NCBI GenBank assembly: GCA_002269645.1
Contig: NIVC01002997.1
Span: 1 to 64,000, forward strand
DNA: 64,000 bases
From: Macrostomum lignano
Taxonomy: Eukaryota
Reading direction: 5' to 3'
Shown here: in pieces, positions 19,542 to 45,510 of the stretch
Layout: each line of letters opens with the position of its first letter
Position numbering within the stretch: position 1 is the first letter of the stretch
The notes under the pieces: model-generated
Seen by the model: only the letters and a program-made list of their open reading frames with translations
The model's database searches: none
Told to the model about the DNA's origin: nothing
Made by a program: the position numbers and the translations under genes

Positions 19542-21925
19542 TCAGCCAATCTGCTCCCAAGCGTAGATAAGCCCGCATAGCAACAGTAGTCGATCCTCGG
19601 CTGCCAGCTCGGCGGCCGCCTCAGTAAAGCTGACATCCATGCCGCTGTTGTCGCAGTAGACGGTGCGCAGGTGTCGGTGCCAACGCACAGCAGCCACGCA
19701 GTGCACGGAGCCGCGGTGCGCCACCTCCAGCGGTTCGACTTCCGTTGAGGTGTCGCCGTTCCAGCAGAAGTTCATCAGCCGCTCCGTGCTGATCTGCGGA
19801 GTGGGGCGGGCTGGGAGCTGCAGGCATGGGGATGCTTGAGGGAGGTGGGGAGAGGGAGATGGGGAGAGGGAGATGGGGAGAGAGATGGAGTGGGGGTGGG
19901 AAGAGGGAGACTGGGAGGGGAGACGCAGAGAGGGAGATGCAGAGAGGGACATGAGGAGAGGGAGATCGGGAGAGAGAAATGGAGAAGGAGATGGGGAGTG
20001 TGACATGGGGAGAGGGAGATCGGGAGAGAGAAATGGAGAAGGAGATGGGGAGTGTGACATGGGGAGAGGGAGATGAAGAGAGGGACGTGAAGGGAGATGG
20101 GGAGGGGGTGGAAAGAGGGAGATGGGGAGGGGAGACGCAGAGAGGGAGATGCAGAGAGGGAGATGCAGAGAGGGAGATGCAGAGAGGGAGATGCAGAGAG
20201 GGAGATGCACAGAGGGAGATGCACAGAGGGAGATGCAGAGAGGGAGATGCAGAGAGGGAGATGCACAGAGGGAGATGCAGAGAGGGAGATGCAGAGAGGG
20301 AGATGCAGAGAGGGAGATGCAGAGAGGGAGATGCACAGAGGGAGATGCACAGAGGGAGATGCAGAGAGGGAGATGCAGAGAGGGAGATGCAGAGAGGGAG
20401 ATGCAGAGAGGGAGATGCAGAGAGGGAGATGCAGAGAGGGAGATGCAGAGAGGGAGATGCAGAGAGGGAGATGCAGAGAGGGAGATGCAGAGAGGGAGAT
20501 GCAGAGAGGGAGATGCAGAGAGGGAGATGCAGAGAGGGAGATGCACAGAGGGAGATGCAGAGACGGAGCGCAGCACGGCAGACGCCAGCACCCCAGCAGC
20601 AGCCGGACCCCACCTGGTAGCGCCTGTTGCTGCCATGGCGGCTCAGCCAGAAGCCTTTGACGGGACCCCAGGCCGACCGGACCAGCCCTAAAGATTTCGT
20701 AACGTCCGCCGCCAACCCCGTTGACAGCGAGTAGTCGCTGCACAGAATCTCGGCGCACGCGGTGCACACGGGCAGAGGCAGCAGGTCCGCCGCGAACATG
20801 GGGCAGGTGTACACCCGCCGGAGCTGGAATGCTCGCCTCAGCTGGCCGTCAGGCAGTTGACAGTAGCCAGTAAGCCAGTTCGAAGCTTTCGAACTTGGGT
20901 CAGCCGAGGTCAAGTGATAGAGAGTGGCCTCCCTGTTGGACGTCTTGATGCAGTAGTCTCGTTGCAGTCGCCAGAAGCAGGTCGATGGGCCCCAAGAGTC
21001 CACCTGGGTTGCGGCAGAGGCACAGGGTCAAGCCAAGGGGGTCAAGTTGGGGGTCAAATGAGCAAACAGGTCGAGGGCATTAGGTTGGCCAGGGGGTCTA
21101 GAGGAGCAAGAGTTGATACTGGGGTGTGGGTCAGATGGGTCAAGATCATACTGAAGTGTGGGTCAGATGGGTCAAGGTGATACTGGGGTGTGGGTCAGAT
21201 GGGTCAAGATCATACTGAAGTGTGGGTCAGATGGGTCAAGGTGATACTGGGGTGTGGATCAGATGGGTCAAGATCATACTGAAGTGTGGGTCAGATGGGT
21301 CAAGGTGATACTGGGGTGTGGATCAGATGGGTCAAGATCATACTGAAGTGTGGGTCAGATGGGTCAAGGTGATACTGGGGTGTGGATCAGATGGGTCAAG
21401 ATCATACTGAAGTGTGGGTCAGATGGGTCAAGGTGATACTGGGATGTGGGTCAGATGGGTCAAGGTGATACTGGGGTGTGGGTCAGATGGGTCAAGGTGA
21501 TACTGGAGTGTGGGTCAGATGGGTCAAGGTGATACTGGGGTGTGGGTCAGATGGGTCAAGGTGATACTGGAGTGTGGGTCAGATGGGTCAAGGTGATACG
21601 GAAGTGTTGGTCATCTTGGCGCTAATCCTGAATATCTTTATGTTTGGTGCCAATGATAACCAACGTATATTATTAGTTAATTACGTACCTGAGCAACATA
21701 AAACTTGGAAGCGTTAACTAGATGTTGCAGCAAGGAAGCTGGCTGCTGCTGTTGCTGCTGCGGCAGCAGAGGATATGAATTTTTAATCACCGATTGCTCC
21801 GGAGGTGCTGAGACCAGCTGACCTTCCCTTGGCACTGGCAGCCAGTTAACTGGACTGCCATTCACGCAGTGCACTGTGGTATTGAATAGGTGAAGATCGT
21901 TTTGAGAATGACCAGATTCTGCCAT
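19542..21925 (-). CDS. Divergent phospholipid-scramblase/tubby-like protein; exons 21925-21689, 21003-20614, 19793-19542 (292 aa)
   Basis: Three phase-0 GT-AG exons join into an open frame. LQHLVNASKFYVAQ|VD..DYCIKTS and PVCTAC..DYSL..SLGLVRSAW parallel the PLSCR motifs LEYL.Q.DQLLVHQ/YEIKNS and PCC.C/IGKISKQW. Gene model more secure than family call. Confidence 0.6.
19840..20575 (+). repeat. 14-bp satellite (GCAGAGAGGGAGAT)n, intronic
   Basis: Directly visible; source of several spurious ORFs. Confidence 0.95.
21110..21600 (+). repeat. 32-bp tandem repeat GGGTCAGATGGGTCAAGGTGATACTGGGGTGT, intronic
   Basis: About 15 copies with two alternating variants. Confidence 0.93.
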
Positions 21926-22094
21926 TTTTATATTGCAATTAACGATGCGTTATTATGAATCATTTTATGCGCAGATAGAAAGCGGCGCTGCCTTGACCTG
22001 TCTATGGCCGAAAGGTCGGGCAGAATTCTTTAAATTTGATTTTTTACTAATACCTTAAATCTTATGGTCTTTATGGCTAATAACTTCTATTTTT

Positions 22095-22262
22095 CAACTC
22101 TACTCTATCTCTCTACTCTTTACTCTCTACTCTCTCTACTCTCTAGTCTCTACTCTCTACTCTCTACTCTCTCTACTCTCCATTCTCTACTATCTACTCT
22201 CTACTCTCTCTACTCTCAGCTCTCTCTACTCTCTACTCTCTATTCTCAACTCTCTACTCAAC
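22095..22262 (+). repeat. (CTCTA)n-like degenerate microsatellite
   Basis: Directly visible; a similar tract lies at 23510-23930. Confidence 0.85.
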
Positions 22263-22352
22263 CTCTTACCCGAATACTTAATCTCTAATGAATATTCAAT
22301 ATTCCACATCATCAGGCATGGGATCTGCAAGGACTGCTCAAGTAACATATAT

Positions 22353-22804
22353 AGGACGCAACACTCGAAATCTATGGTAAATGTTTTGAAGGCAACTTTG
22401 CGCCGAAAAATACACTACAGAGATAGGTGGTTTTAATTTTTTCAGCACAAAAATTGTTATTGCTTTTGATAGGAGGCAGATCCAGTGTTCATCTTTTGAT
22501 ATGTTGTTCCTTTCTTATTGTTCTATCGATATTCATAAAGCTTTTCCTTCAGAAATAGTGCTAAAGGCAGGTTTCACCGGAAAAATACACTACGGAGATA
22601 GGAAATTTCACGATTTTCAACACTAAAACAGTGATTGGGTCTCTTAACAGTGTCAGAGAAAGTTCTAATCACACTATTTTGTGCCTCACATGCTGCTCTA
22701 ACGACGCATTAATCGATTTTTCATGTTAAATTGGTCTGTCACTTGAAAAAACGTTTAAAAGTTGCCTTCAAAACATTTACCAAAGATTTCGAGTGTTGCG
22801 TCCT
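22353..22804. mobile_element. MITE-like element with about 48-bp TIRs
   Basis: AGGACGCAACACTCGAAATCT(A/T)TGGTAAATGTTTTGAAGGCAACTTT at 22353 and its reverse complement ending 22804, one mismatch. No clear TSD. Confidence 0.75.
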
Positions 22805-23134
22805 TCTACTTAAGTTGTCCTTGGGGAACTGATGACTGCATGCAGAGAGCTCGTGATTAACAGGTTCAACTGAACAAAAATCCGATTTTCAATGTAATTA
22901 TCTATTTAATTTACTAAAAGTAGTGCAATAGGATTGCAAAATTAAGCTTCCCTTATTCATAGTTGATAAGCAGAAGGGCGAACCAAAGCTATAGCTTAGT
23001 AGTGACGAATAGGAAACCGGTTGGAATAACAGATAGTATGTCAGTATATAAACACTGTTTTCTTATCAAGAAACTCACTGCTGTATACATTTGAATGTCT
23101 CTCACACACTAATTATAACAAAACAGATTCGAAT

Positions 23135-36062
<12,928 letters not shown>

Positions 36063-37118
36063 CTCTTCTAAATAATCTGCCACCTTAACGGGTTTCTGGG
36101 ACTTAAGCACTGACCAAGACAAAAGTTGCTTGTTATTTTTAAATACTCAATCAGAAAAGCTGAAAATTTTGAGCTCAGATCGACATTCTTTAGTAAAATT
36201 GATTATTAATTAAACAAATAGTGTTTAAGTTAATGCTGCAAAAGTATCTACTATACACATATAAGCAACTCTAGCAGTAGTGAAATTAAAAGCGTAAAAT
36301 TTGTCTGTTAAAAAATATTACTTCTAAGAAAAATGTTTTTACGTATTCAAAAAGTAGCAAAACATATTTATGATTACTATAAATACGTAGACATCAAAAG
36401 TGGTCGAACAGATGTCAAATACATTGATTGGTGTTAAGAACGCATTAACAAAACGATTTTTACTATTAAAATATGAGATAAAAAAGCTGGTTAAATTTAT
36501 GTACTTTTAAATACGGATGCATTAATGTGTAATTAGGTGGTTTATAACAAGCGGAATGTTAATAAATCATGGTAACAAACAAATAACAGCGAGTATAGCT
36601 GAAATAAATTATTGCTATGATGTAGAGTACATTCAAAAAACTCTTTTTAGTTAAAGACCCTTAAAGTTGGTTAATTTTGAAATTATTAAACGTTTTTCGA
36701 TTGAATTCAAAAGAAATCGCGTTTTTAATTTTTTACTACTTGAATTTACGTTATGATTGAATTAAAAAATGTTACACAAGATCCTAAATAAAAAACGGCT
36801 GAAAAACTACTTGTAAGTAGTAGCTATAATTTAGAAATTGCCAGTGTTAAATAGAAATACTAAGCCATTTTCTGCCCATTTTATACCGAGAATCTCGTGT
36901 GGCAGTTTTTGCCGGAGAAACCCAAGACCGTCGAGATATAAAAAAAATTATGCCAGAAGCTGCATGGTTGGGACACTAAATTTCACGCAGACCGGATCTT
37001 CTGGACCTTCACCAGATACCAGCAATTAAGCTTTAACAAAAAAAAGCTTGTAAAATTTATCTTCTTTGTACTACAAACCATCGTATAGAAGTGGCCCCAC
37101 CATCGTCCGCGCAAAAGT

Positions 37119-40100
37119 TCAATGCTGACTTTGCTGATCATTTTCGAAGAACATGAAATCCTGAAATTCGGTAAAACAAAATCGCTAATTAGCTAATAGT
37201 TTTAAAGGATATTTTTCCCTGCTTAACATAATACCCTCCACGCAGTAAACTGCTAGCATTCCAACTGTCTCCCTAATGCATTCGAGCATAAATATTTCAT
37301 CACCGACAAAACTCGAGAATCCAATACACGCAGCTCGATGCGTTCCCCCTTGCCCCAGACTAACAGCTTCTACAAAGTGCCACAGACTGCAGGCACACGG
37401 GAGATTCGCAGCCCAGACACAAACTGTTGTAGCAAAACGCACGATCGTAAACTGTAAACTGATTGACGGTATTTATAGGTAGAAATTCTTCCACCACACC
37501 CCGGTTTTTTTCTGCAAAAAGAGCGGAAAAAGTCAGTTGGAAATTGCAGTGAAAGTTTAAATCATTGAGGAAACTCTGGTGGAAATCGGCAGTCGGTCCT
37601 TGCTGGCCCTATTCGCGGGAACTAAAATTTTGTACTTGTACGGTACGAGGATGCGATTCTCGGAAAGAATGCCGTCTGTTGCACAGCTGATGCTACTAAA
37701 TGTTAGGCAGATGCGTGAACTGTTTAACAGAGATGCTGTATGCAGCTTAGACACTGTTGGACTCTGTTCGACAGACCTAATAACTCTGTTAGACACGGCT
37801 ATAATGTGTTAGACACGGACTATAATGTGTTAGACACGGACTATAATCTGTCAGACACGGACTATAATCTGTCAGACACGGACTATAATCTGTCAGACAC
37901 GGACTATAATCTGTTAGACACGGACTATAATCTGTCAGACACGGACTATAATCTGTCAGACACGGACTATAATCTGTCAGACACGGACTATAATCTGTTA
38001 GACACGGACTATAATCTGTCAGACACGGACTATAATCTGTCAGACACGGACTATAATCTGTTAGACACGGACTATAATCTGTTAGACACGGACTATAATC
38101 TGTTAGACACGGACTATAATCTGTCAGACACGGACTATAATCTGTCAGACACGGACTATAATCTGTCAGACACGGACTATAATCTGTCACAAACGGACTA
38201 TAATCTGTCAGACACGGACTATAATCTGTTAGACACGGACTATAATCTGTCAGACACGGACTATAATCTGTTAGACACGGACTATAATCTGTTAGACACG
38301 GACTATAATCTGTTAGACACGGCTATAATGTGTTAGACACGGACTATAATCTGTCAGACACGGGCTATAATCTGTCACAAACGGACTATAATCTGTCAGA
38401 CACGGACTAAAATCTGTCACAAACGGACTATAATCTGTCAGACACGGACTAAAATCTGTCAGACACGGACTATAATCTGTCAGACACGGACTATAATCTG
38501 TTAGACACGGCTATAATGTGTTAGACACGGACTATAATGTGTTAGACACGGACTATAATCTGTCAGACACGGACTATAATCTGTTAGACACGGACTATAA
38601 TCTGTCAGACACGGACTATAATCTGTTAGACACGGACTATAATCTGTCAGACACGGACTATAATCTGTCAGACACGGACTATAATCTGTCAGACACGGAC
38701 TATAATCTGTTAGACACGGCTATAATGTGTTAGACACGGACTATAATGTGTTAGACACGGACTATAATCTGTCAGACACGGACTATAATCTGTCAGACAC
38801 GGACTATAATCTGTCAGACACGGACTATAATCTGTTAGACACGGACTATAATCTGTCAGACACGGACTATAATCTGTCAGACACGGACTATAATCTGTCA
38901 GACACGGACTATAATCTGTCAGACACGGACTATAATGTGTTAGACACGGACTATAATCTGTCAGACACGGACTATAATCTGTTAGACACGGACTATAATC
39001 TGTTAGACACGGACTATAATCTGTTAGACACGGCTATAATGTGTTAGACACGGACTATAATCTGTCAGACACGGACTATAATCTGTTAGACACGGACTAT
39101 AATCTGTTAGACACGGCTATAATGTGTTAGACACGGACTATAATCTGTCAGACACGGACTATAATCTGTTAGACACGGACTATAATCTGTCAGACACGGA
39201 CTATAATCTGTTAGACACGGACTATAGTCTGTTAGACACGGACTATAATGTGTTAGACACGGACTATAATCTGTTAGACACGGACTATAATCTGTTAGAC
39301 ACGGCTATAATGTGTTAGACACGGACTATAATGTGTTAGACACGGACTATAATCTGTCAGACACGGACTAAAATCTGTTAAACACGGCTATAATGTGCTA
39401 GACACGGACTATAATGTGTTAGACACGGACTATAATCTGTTAGACACGGACTAAAATCTGTTAAACACGGCTATAATGTGCTAGACACGGACTATAATCT
39501 GTCAGACACGGACTATAATCTGTTAGACACGGACTATAATCTGTCAGACACGGACTATAATCTGTTAGACACGGACTATAATCTGTTAGACACGGACTAT
39601 AATGTGTTAAACACGGCTATAATGTGCTAGACACGGACTATAATGTGTTAGACACGGCTATAATGTGTTTGACACGGACTATAATCTGTTAGACACGGAC
39701 TATAATCTGTTAGACACGGACTATAATCTGTTAGACACGGCTATAATCTGTCAGACACGGACTATAATCTGTTAGACACGGACTATAATCTGTTAGACAC
39801 GGACTATAATCTGTTAGACACGGACTATAATGTGTTAGACATGGACGAATGTGTTAGACACAGAGTATAATGTTTTAGCGGTTTAAAATCTGTTAGACAC
39901 GGTTTATAATGTGTTAGACACGGACTAATGTGTTAGACACGGACTATAATCTGTTAGACACGGACTATAATGTGTTAAACACGGCTATAATGTGCTAGAC
40001 ACGGACTATAATGTGTTAGACACGGCTATAATGTGTTAGACACGGACTATAATCTGTTAGACACGGACTATAATCTGTTAGACACGGACTATAATCTGTT

Positions 40101-42525
40101 AGACACGGCTATAATCTGTCAGACACGGACTATAATCTGTTAGACACGGACTATAATCTGTTAGACACGGACTATAATCTGTTAGACACGGACTATAATG
40201 TGTTAGACATGGACGAATGTGTTAGACACAGAGTATAATGTTTTAGAGGTTTACAATCTGTAAGACACGGTTTATAATGTGTTAGACACGCACTAATGTG
40301 TTAGACACGGACTATAATTTGTTAAACAGAGTGCAAAACAATTCATAGAAAGAGTTTAGTTTTCCAGAAGTAATGCAATAACGCAGTCTGAAAAATTCAT
40401 CTCAAGCAAGCAACAGAAAGCAGAGCAAAGCTCTTCAAGCTTCTATTTGCCTGACCGAAACGTGCTAAGGCAACTCCAAGACAAGGACAAAAGGAACATG
40501 ATAGCCCACCGGATTGAGTTTCAGTTCTCACCGCACTAAGTCAACATTGGCTGCTTTTCTAGTTTGCTCAGCCCTGATCCATCTGCTTTGTTGCCATACA
40601 TGAGTTCTCGCCACACGGACCCGGCATCGCAGACTTTGCACTTTTTTATTTCATCACCCTTGCTGCAATAAGAGTTACAGTAAATATCGACATGAAACTT
40701 ACAATGAGAAACACCGCGCCAACCATTGCTGCTTTCATTCGGACGTCCAAGTCAGCTGGAACTGATGGTGAATTTGGAGTGCAGATTATTCCATGGAGTG
40801 CAGATTAAACCAATGGAGTGAAGATTATTCCATGGATTACAGATTATTTCATGGAGTTCAGATTAAACCAATGGAGTAAAGATTATTCCATGGATTACAG
40901 ATTATTCCATGGAGTTCAGATAAATCCATGGAGTGCAGATTAATCCATGGAGTTCAGATTAATCCATGGAGTGCAGATTAATCCATGAAGTGCAGATTAT
41001 TCCATGGAGTGCAGATTAAACCAATGGATGCAGATTATTCCATGGAGTTCAGATTAAACCAATGGATGCAGATTATTCCATGGAGTTCAGATTAAACCAT
41101 GGAGTTCAGATTAATCCATGGAGTTCAGATTATTCCATGGAGTTCAGATTAAACCATGGAGTTCAGATTAATCCATGGAGTGCAGATTATTCCATGGATT
41201 ACAGATTATTCCATGGAGTTCAGATTAATCCATGGAGTTCAGATTAATCCATGGAGTTCAGATTATTCCATGGAGTTCAGATTAATCCATGGAGTGCAGA
41301 TTAATCCATGAAGTGCAGATTATTCCATGGAGTGCAGATTATTCCATGGAGTTTAGATTATTCCATGGAGTTCAGATTAATCCATGGAGTGCAGATTATT
41401 CCATGGAGTTCAGATTAATCCATGGAGTGCAGATTAATCCATGGAGTGCAGATTAATCCATGGAGTGCAGATTAATCCATGAAGTGCAGATTATTCCATG
41501 GAGTGCAGATTATTCCATGGAGTGCAGATTATTCCATGGAGTTTAGATTATTCCATGGAGTGCAGAATATTCCATGGAGTGCAGATTATTCAATGGAGTG
41601 CAGATTATTCCATGGAGTGCAGATTATTCCATGGATTGCAGATTATTCCATGGAGTGCAGAATATTCCATGGAGTGCAGATTATTCCATGGAGTGCAGAT
41701 TATTCCATGGAGTGCAGATTATTCCATGGATTGCAGATTATTCCATGGAGTGCAGATTATTCCATGGAGTGCAGATTATTCCATGGAGTGCAGATTATTC
41801 CATCGAGTTCAGATTAATCCATGGAGTGCAGATTATTCCATGGAGTTTAGATTAATCCATGGAGTTCAGATTAATCCATGGAGTTCAGATTATTCCATGG
41901 TTTACAGATTATTCCATGGATTACAGATTATTCCATCGAGTTCAGATTAATCCATGGAGTGCAGATTAGTTAGTTCTCGGAATTTTGATTTCGAATTCCA
42001 AATGAAGCATGTGCTTCGAGCGAGGTGCAGTCTCAAGTTTGTAAAGAAAAATTTTCGAAACAGTAAAGTAGAGAGGGGCATGATGCAAAAATACAGTTGT
42101 GTGTTTTCTAAACGATTTTCTGTTTGATGTTTGAACAGCTCTGTAAGAAATTCGTGATAGAGGCATAGAGGGGCTGTGTACAGTCTTGCGCACAGGCACA
42201 CAGGAGTGTACAGCGGCCCTAATTTTATCGCTAGGCATGTACACTTCACTGTGCCTTGGGGGTTGGCCCGTTAATTGCACGAGCAGAGCCAAGCCGAGAT
42301 TTCAATTTAGCCTCAAATTTATGTGACTGCCTTTGGAATCGAGCCTGGGCCGCTGGGGCCAAAGAGCCGCGCTGGACCGCTAAATTTTTGGTAGACGCTT
42401 AGTTTGGAATTTGGTAGTCGGCCAGAAGGTGAGATATTGGTACTTTATAGGGTTTATGATGATAATGGCCGCGATGATGATGATGATGATGATGATGATG
42501 ATAATAATGATGATGATGATGATGT

Positions 42526-42619
<94 letters not shown>

Positions 42620-45087
42620 GATGATGATGATGATGATGATGATTATTATTATTATTATTATTATTGTTATTATTATTATTATTGCTCCATGCACAATAAT
42701 GATAACAACGAGAATGAGTAGGATCATGAGGACTTACAGGACACGGAATAGTTGTCAGCATCGGTGAAATATTCGCGAGCAAATCCTCCCCACTGCTTGC
42801 TGATGTATCCGATTTCGTCTATCATTCCCATGGAGTAGACCTGTTGAGCACAAAAATAAGTTTGTAGAATTTCCAGGAGTTTCCGTAATCAGGATAATTG
42901 CTCTACCGTAGAATCTCTTGAAAAACATCTTTCAAACGAGTTTCTTTGACGACATCTGCTGCACGATGTCCAATTCAATTAACAATTCCTACGAGCATCG
43001 CTTGCTCGAATGTGCAGTTTTTACTTTGAAAAATGGAGAAAACAATATGGGCATTACGTGTGTACATGAGCATGTAAGTTATTCAGGCCTATTGCAGTGT
43101 TATCCAGGATTCTTTATCAATGGCTCGGTAAATTGGCATCTTTATCATTATTTATTAAAGAAGGGGGCTGTGTGCACTCTGGCGCACTTTAATTAAGCGA
43201 CATTGTCACACAACCGGCGAGAGGCACTACTGCCCATTCCGCCGACTCCCCTGAGCAGGCACACTGCAAGCGCGCGAATGCGTACGCATTTATACACCAA
43301 CAAAATGCACATCATGTACCGCCAGCCACGAGTGGGCACAGATTGGTGAGGTGTCAGAACAGACGCCTCAAAAAGTTTCTGTTCTCAAAAATTCTTCAAA
43401 GCTTCAAAACTTCTGTTCTCAGCACTTCTCAAAAAGTCAGCTCCCCCCCAGCCAGGAGTCATTCCTCAGAAGCTGCTCGGGACAGCGCGTCGTTCGCCCT
43501 TAGCCTCGTCTTCGCGGACCATGCGCCGTCCACAACAGCAGGTCGTGTAACGGCTCGCGGCAGCGGCTCTCGACTGACCAGATGATATGGCCACCCAGCC
43601 TGTCTCTGAGTCTGAGTCTGGCCAGCGGCGTTGGATTCCGAGCCCTGGCCGCAGCGCACGTCCAACACGCGCCATCCAGCTGTTTCTCCTTGGGCATCCG
43701 TCATGGTCCAGGTCTCAGCGTTGTAGACTCGACGACTGTCCGAAACCGTCTGCGCCGAGCTTAACGCGGCCCTGCATGGCCAGCCGAGCTCCTTCTAATG
43801 TCTCTGCCGATGTCCGGCACGAGTTCACGGAGGTACATAAAATGTCGGCATGGTGTGGAAGCAGGGTCTCATACCCGGCAGCATCTCGATACGTGATCTC
43901 AGCAGGTAGTACAGCGGCACAGTAAATGCTTCAGTCTTCTGCGTGTTCAGCGTGAGGCCGGTCTCCCTGCCGCTTTCGTCAAGCCATCCAGCAGCCGTTG
44001 GGCGCCTTCGACTGTTGAAGACAGCAACGCAAGGTCGTCCGCATAACCGATCACACAAAGACGCTTCCCCGGATGCGTTCGATTAAGGCAGGCCGGTCCT
44101 CGGCACCCAGTACGGTATTAGCTACTAGCACAAACAGAAAAAGTAGTCATACGTACGCACAGGCACACACTCACACTGGAGTGTACAGCGGCCCTAACTT
44201 TATTTATCGCTAGGCATGTACACTTCACTATGCCTTGGGGGGTTGGCCCTCAAGGCCGTTAATTGCACAAGAGTATCCAAACTGAGATTCCAATTTAGCC
44301 CCAAAATTTATGACTTGCACCTGGAATCGAACTTGGGCCGCTGGGAGGTCAAAGCGCCGCGCTAAACTTTTATAAGCCAAATAATTAAGTTTCAACTATC
44401 CATTAACGTTCAAAATATTAAACTGCAGTTATATGTGTACTTTTAAGACTACAACTCTGTGACGCTGACCTTGAATTCTTGCTCCATAGTGCAGCACGGA
44501 CCGCGACAGATGCATTTCGGACCGCGAATAAAAAGAACTGACCGCCCAGTGGCGTCTTGAATTTCGTAGCGCGGTTGCATGCAGGAGCGCTGCTGCCTTA
44601 CGCGAGCAATGACTGTTCCCGGAGGCGCCTCAACTTGCAGCTCGTGTGAACAGGGTTCGAGTCCTGCAGAGCAGAAGCAGGCCGGTTGGCACGCAAAGCA
44701 CTTCAGTTGACGACTGACACGAAGCACCTCCGCGCCGGTGATGTCACAAATATGCATGATGAAGCTGCGCTGGGGTCCGCAGCACTGCCTGGCGCAGACG
44801 TCCGATTCTTCAGTGGCGTAGAGAAGCTGCTCACCGGCGCTGTTTTTAATTCGGTATCGATTTCTGGCCTCCCAGTTGGTCAAAATTTCTAGTAACTCAA
44901 TCTGTTGGTGAACAAGAAGACAATCTACTTGAGTCAACAGCTCCAAACCAGAAGATAACTCGTAATTTTCCAGCGCAGTGCTACTCCACACAGATGATTG
45001 TTGTTGTTTTGAGCTGCACGCATCTAATTGACGCATGCAATTTTGGTAAGATTGCCTTATGTGATCCTCGAGTTGCTCTTCTTCCAT
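37119..45087 (-). CDS. PLSCR: Phospholipid scramblase; exons 45087-44470, 42840-42738, 40761-40703, 37160-37119 (273 aa)
   Basis: GLELLTQVDCLLVHQQIELLE..NRYRIKNSAGEQ..CARQCCGPQRSF..EFK|VYS..IGYISKQWGGFAREYFTDADNYSVS|FPADLDVRMKAAMVGAVFLI|DFMFFE. All introns GT-AG with compatible phases. Confidence 0.94.
37790..40320 (+). repeat. 21-bp satellite (GACACGGACTATAATCTGT(T/C)A)n, intronic
   Basis: More than 100 copies visible. Confidence 0.97.
40775..41968 (+). repeat. 19-bp satellite (CCATGGAGTGCAGATTATT)n, intronic
   Basis: Directly visible, starting right at the splice acceptor of PLSCR exon 3. Confidence 0.97.
42190..42385 (-). mobile_element. tRNA-derived SINE, partial copy
   Basis: Similar to 44160-44365 and 55500-55719; B-box reverse complement GGAATCGAGCC. 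Confidence 0.7.
42460..42700 (+). repeat. (GAT)n/(TAT)n compound trinucleotide repeat
   Basis: Directly visible. Confidence 0.95.
43160..44365 (-). mobile_element. tRNA-derived SINE split by an insertion at 43289-44151
   Basis: The halves (43160-43288 and 44152-44365) are contiguous in the 55362-55719 copy. CGTACGCA is duplicated at 43281 and 44152. Confidence 0.7.
43560..44140 (-). pseudogene. Degenerate RTE-like non-LTR reverse transcriptase fragment
   Basis: KRLCVIGYADDLALLSSTVEGAQRLLDGL..GLTLNTQKTE; same family as 61301-62207. Confidence 0.8.
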
Positions 45088-45510
45088 GGCTTACGTTTAA
45101 AATGTTTCAATGCAATTCTTCAATACAATCGTGCGTCAAAAAGTTCCCGAGAATCAGTTGTTGTTCTATAGTTTTACATGCATGAATCAGCCCGAAAAAG
45201 TCTGATGATAACTTACATGAAAATCAAACGGTAAGGCTAGTTTATTATCACTGATGTTGCAATTTCTATTATTTATTATAAAAAACAAAAACTTGCAAAA
45301 ACTGACATCTTTTAAGGTAAAAAAATCAAACTTTGTAAACGCATATAGCTATTTGTTATGTTGGTGAGACTTTTAACTTTAATTTTTCCAAGAAACAATA
45401 TTTTGGCCTAGTGAACTTGTTTTTTGGATAATTAATATCTCAATACTAGAAGTTTTATTTTCTTTTTTGTTGTTCGCTAACTGCTGCACTTGCAGCAGAG
45501 CAGCATTTTA

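Noticed and set aside
37557-37812. Possible coding exon in ORFs 37557-37796 and 37579-37812
   Set aside because: It lies in the last PLSCR intron, is not needed for the frame, and has no recognisable motif.
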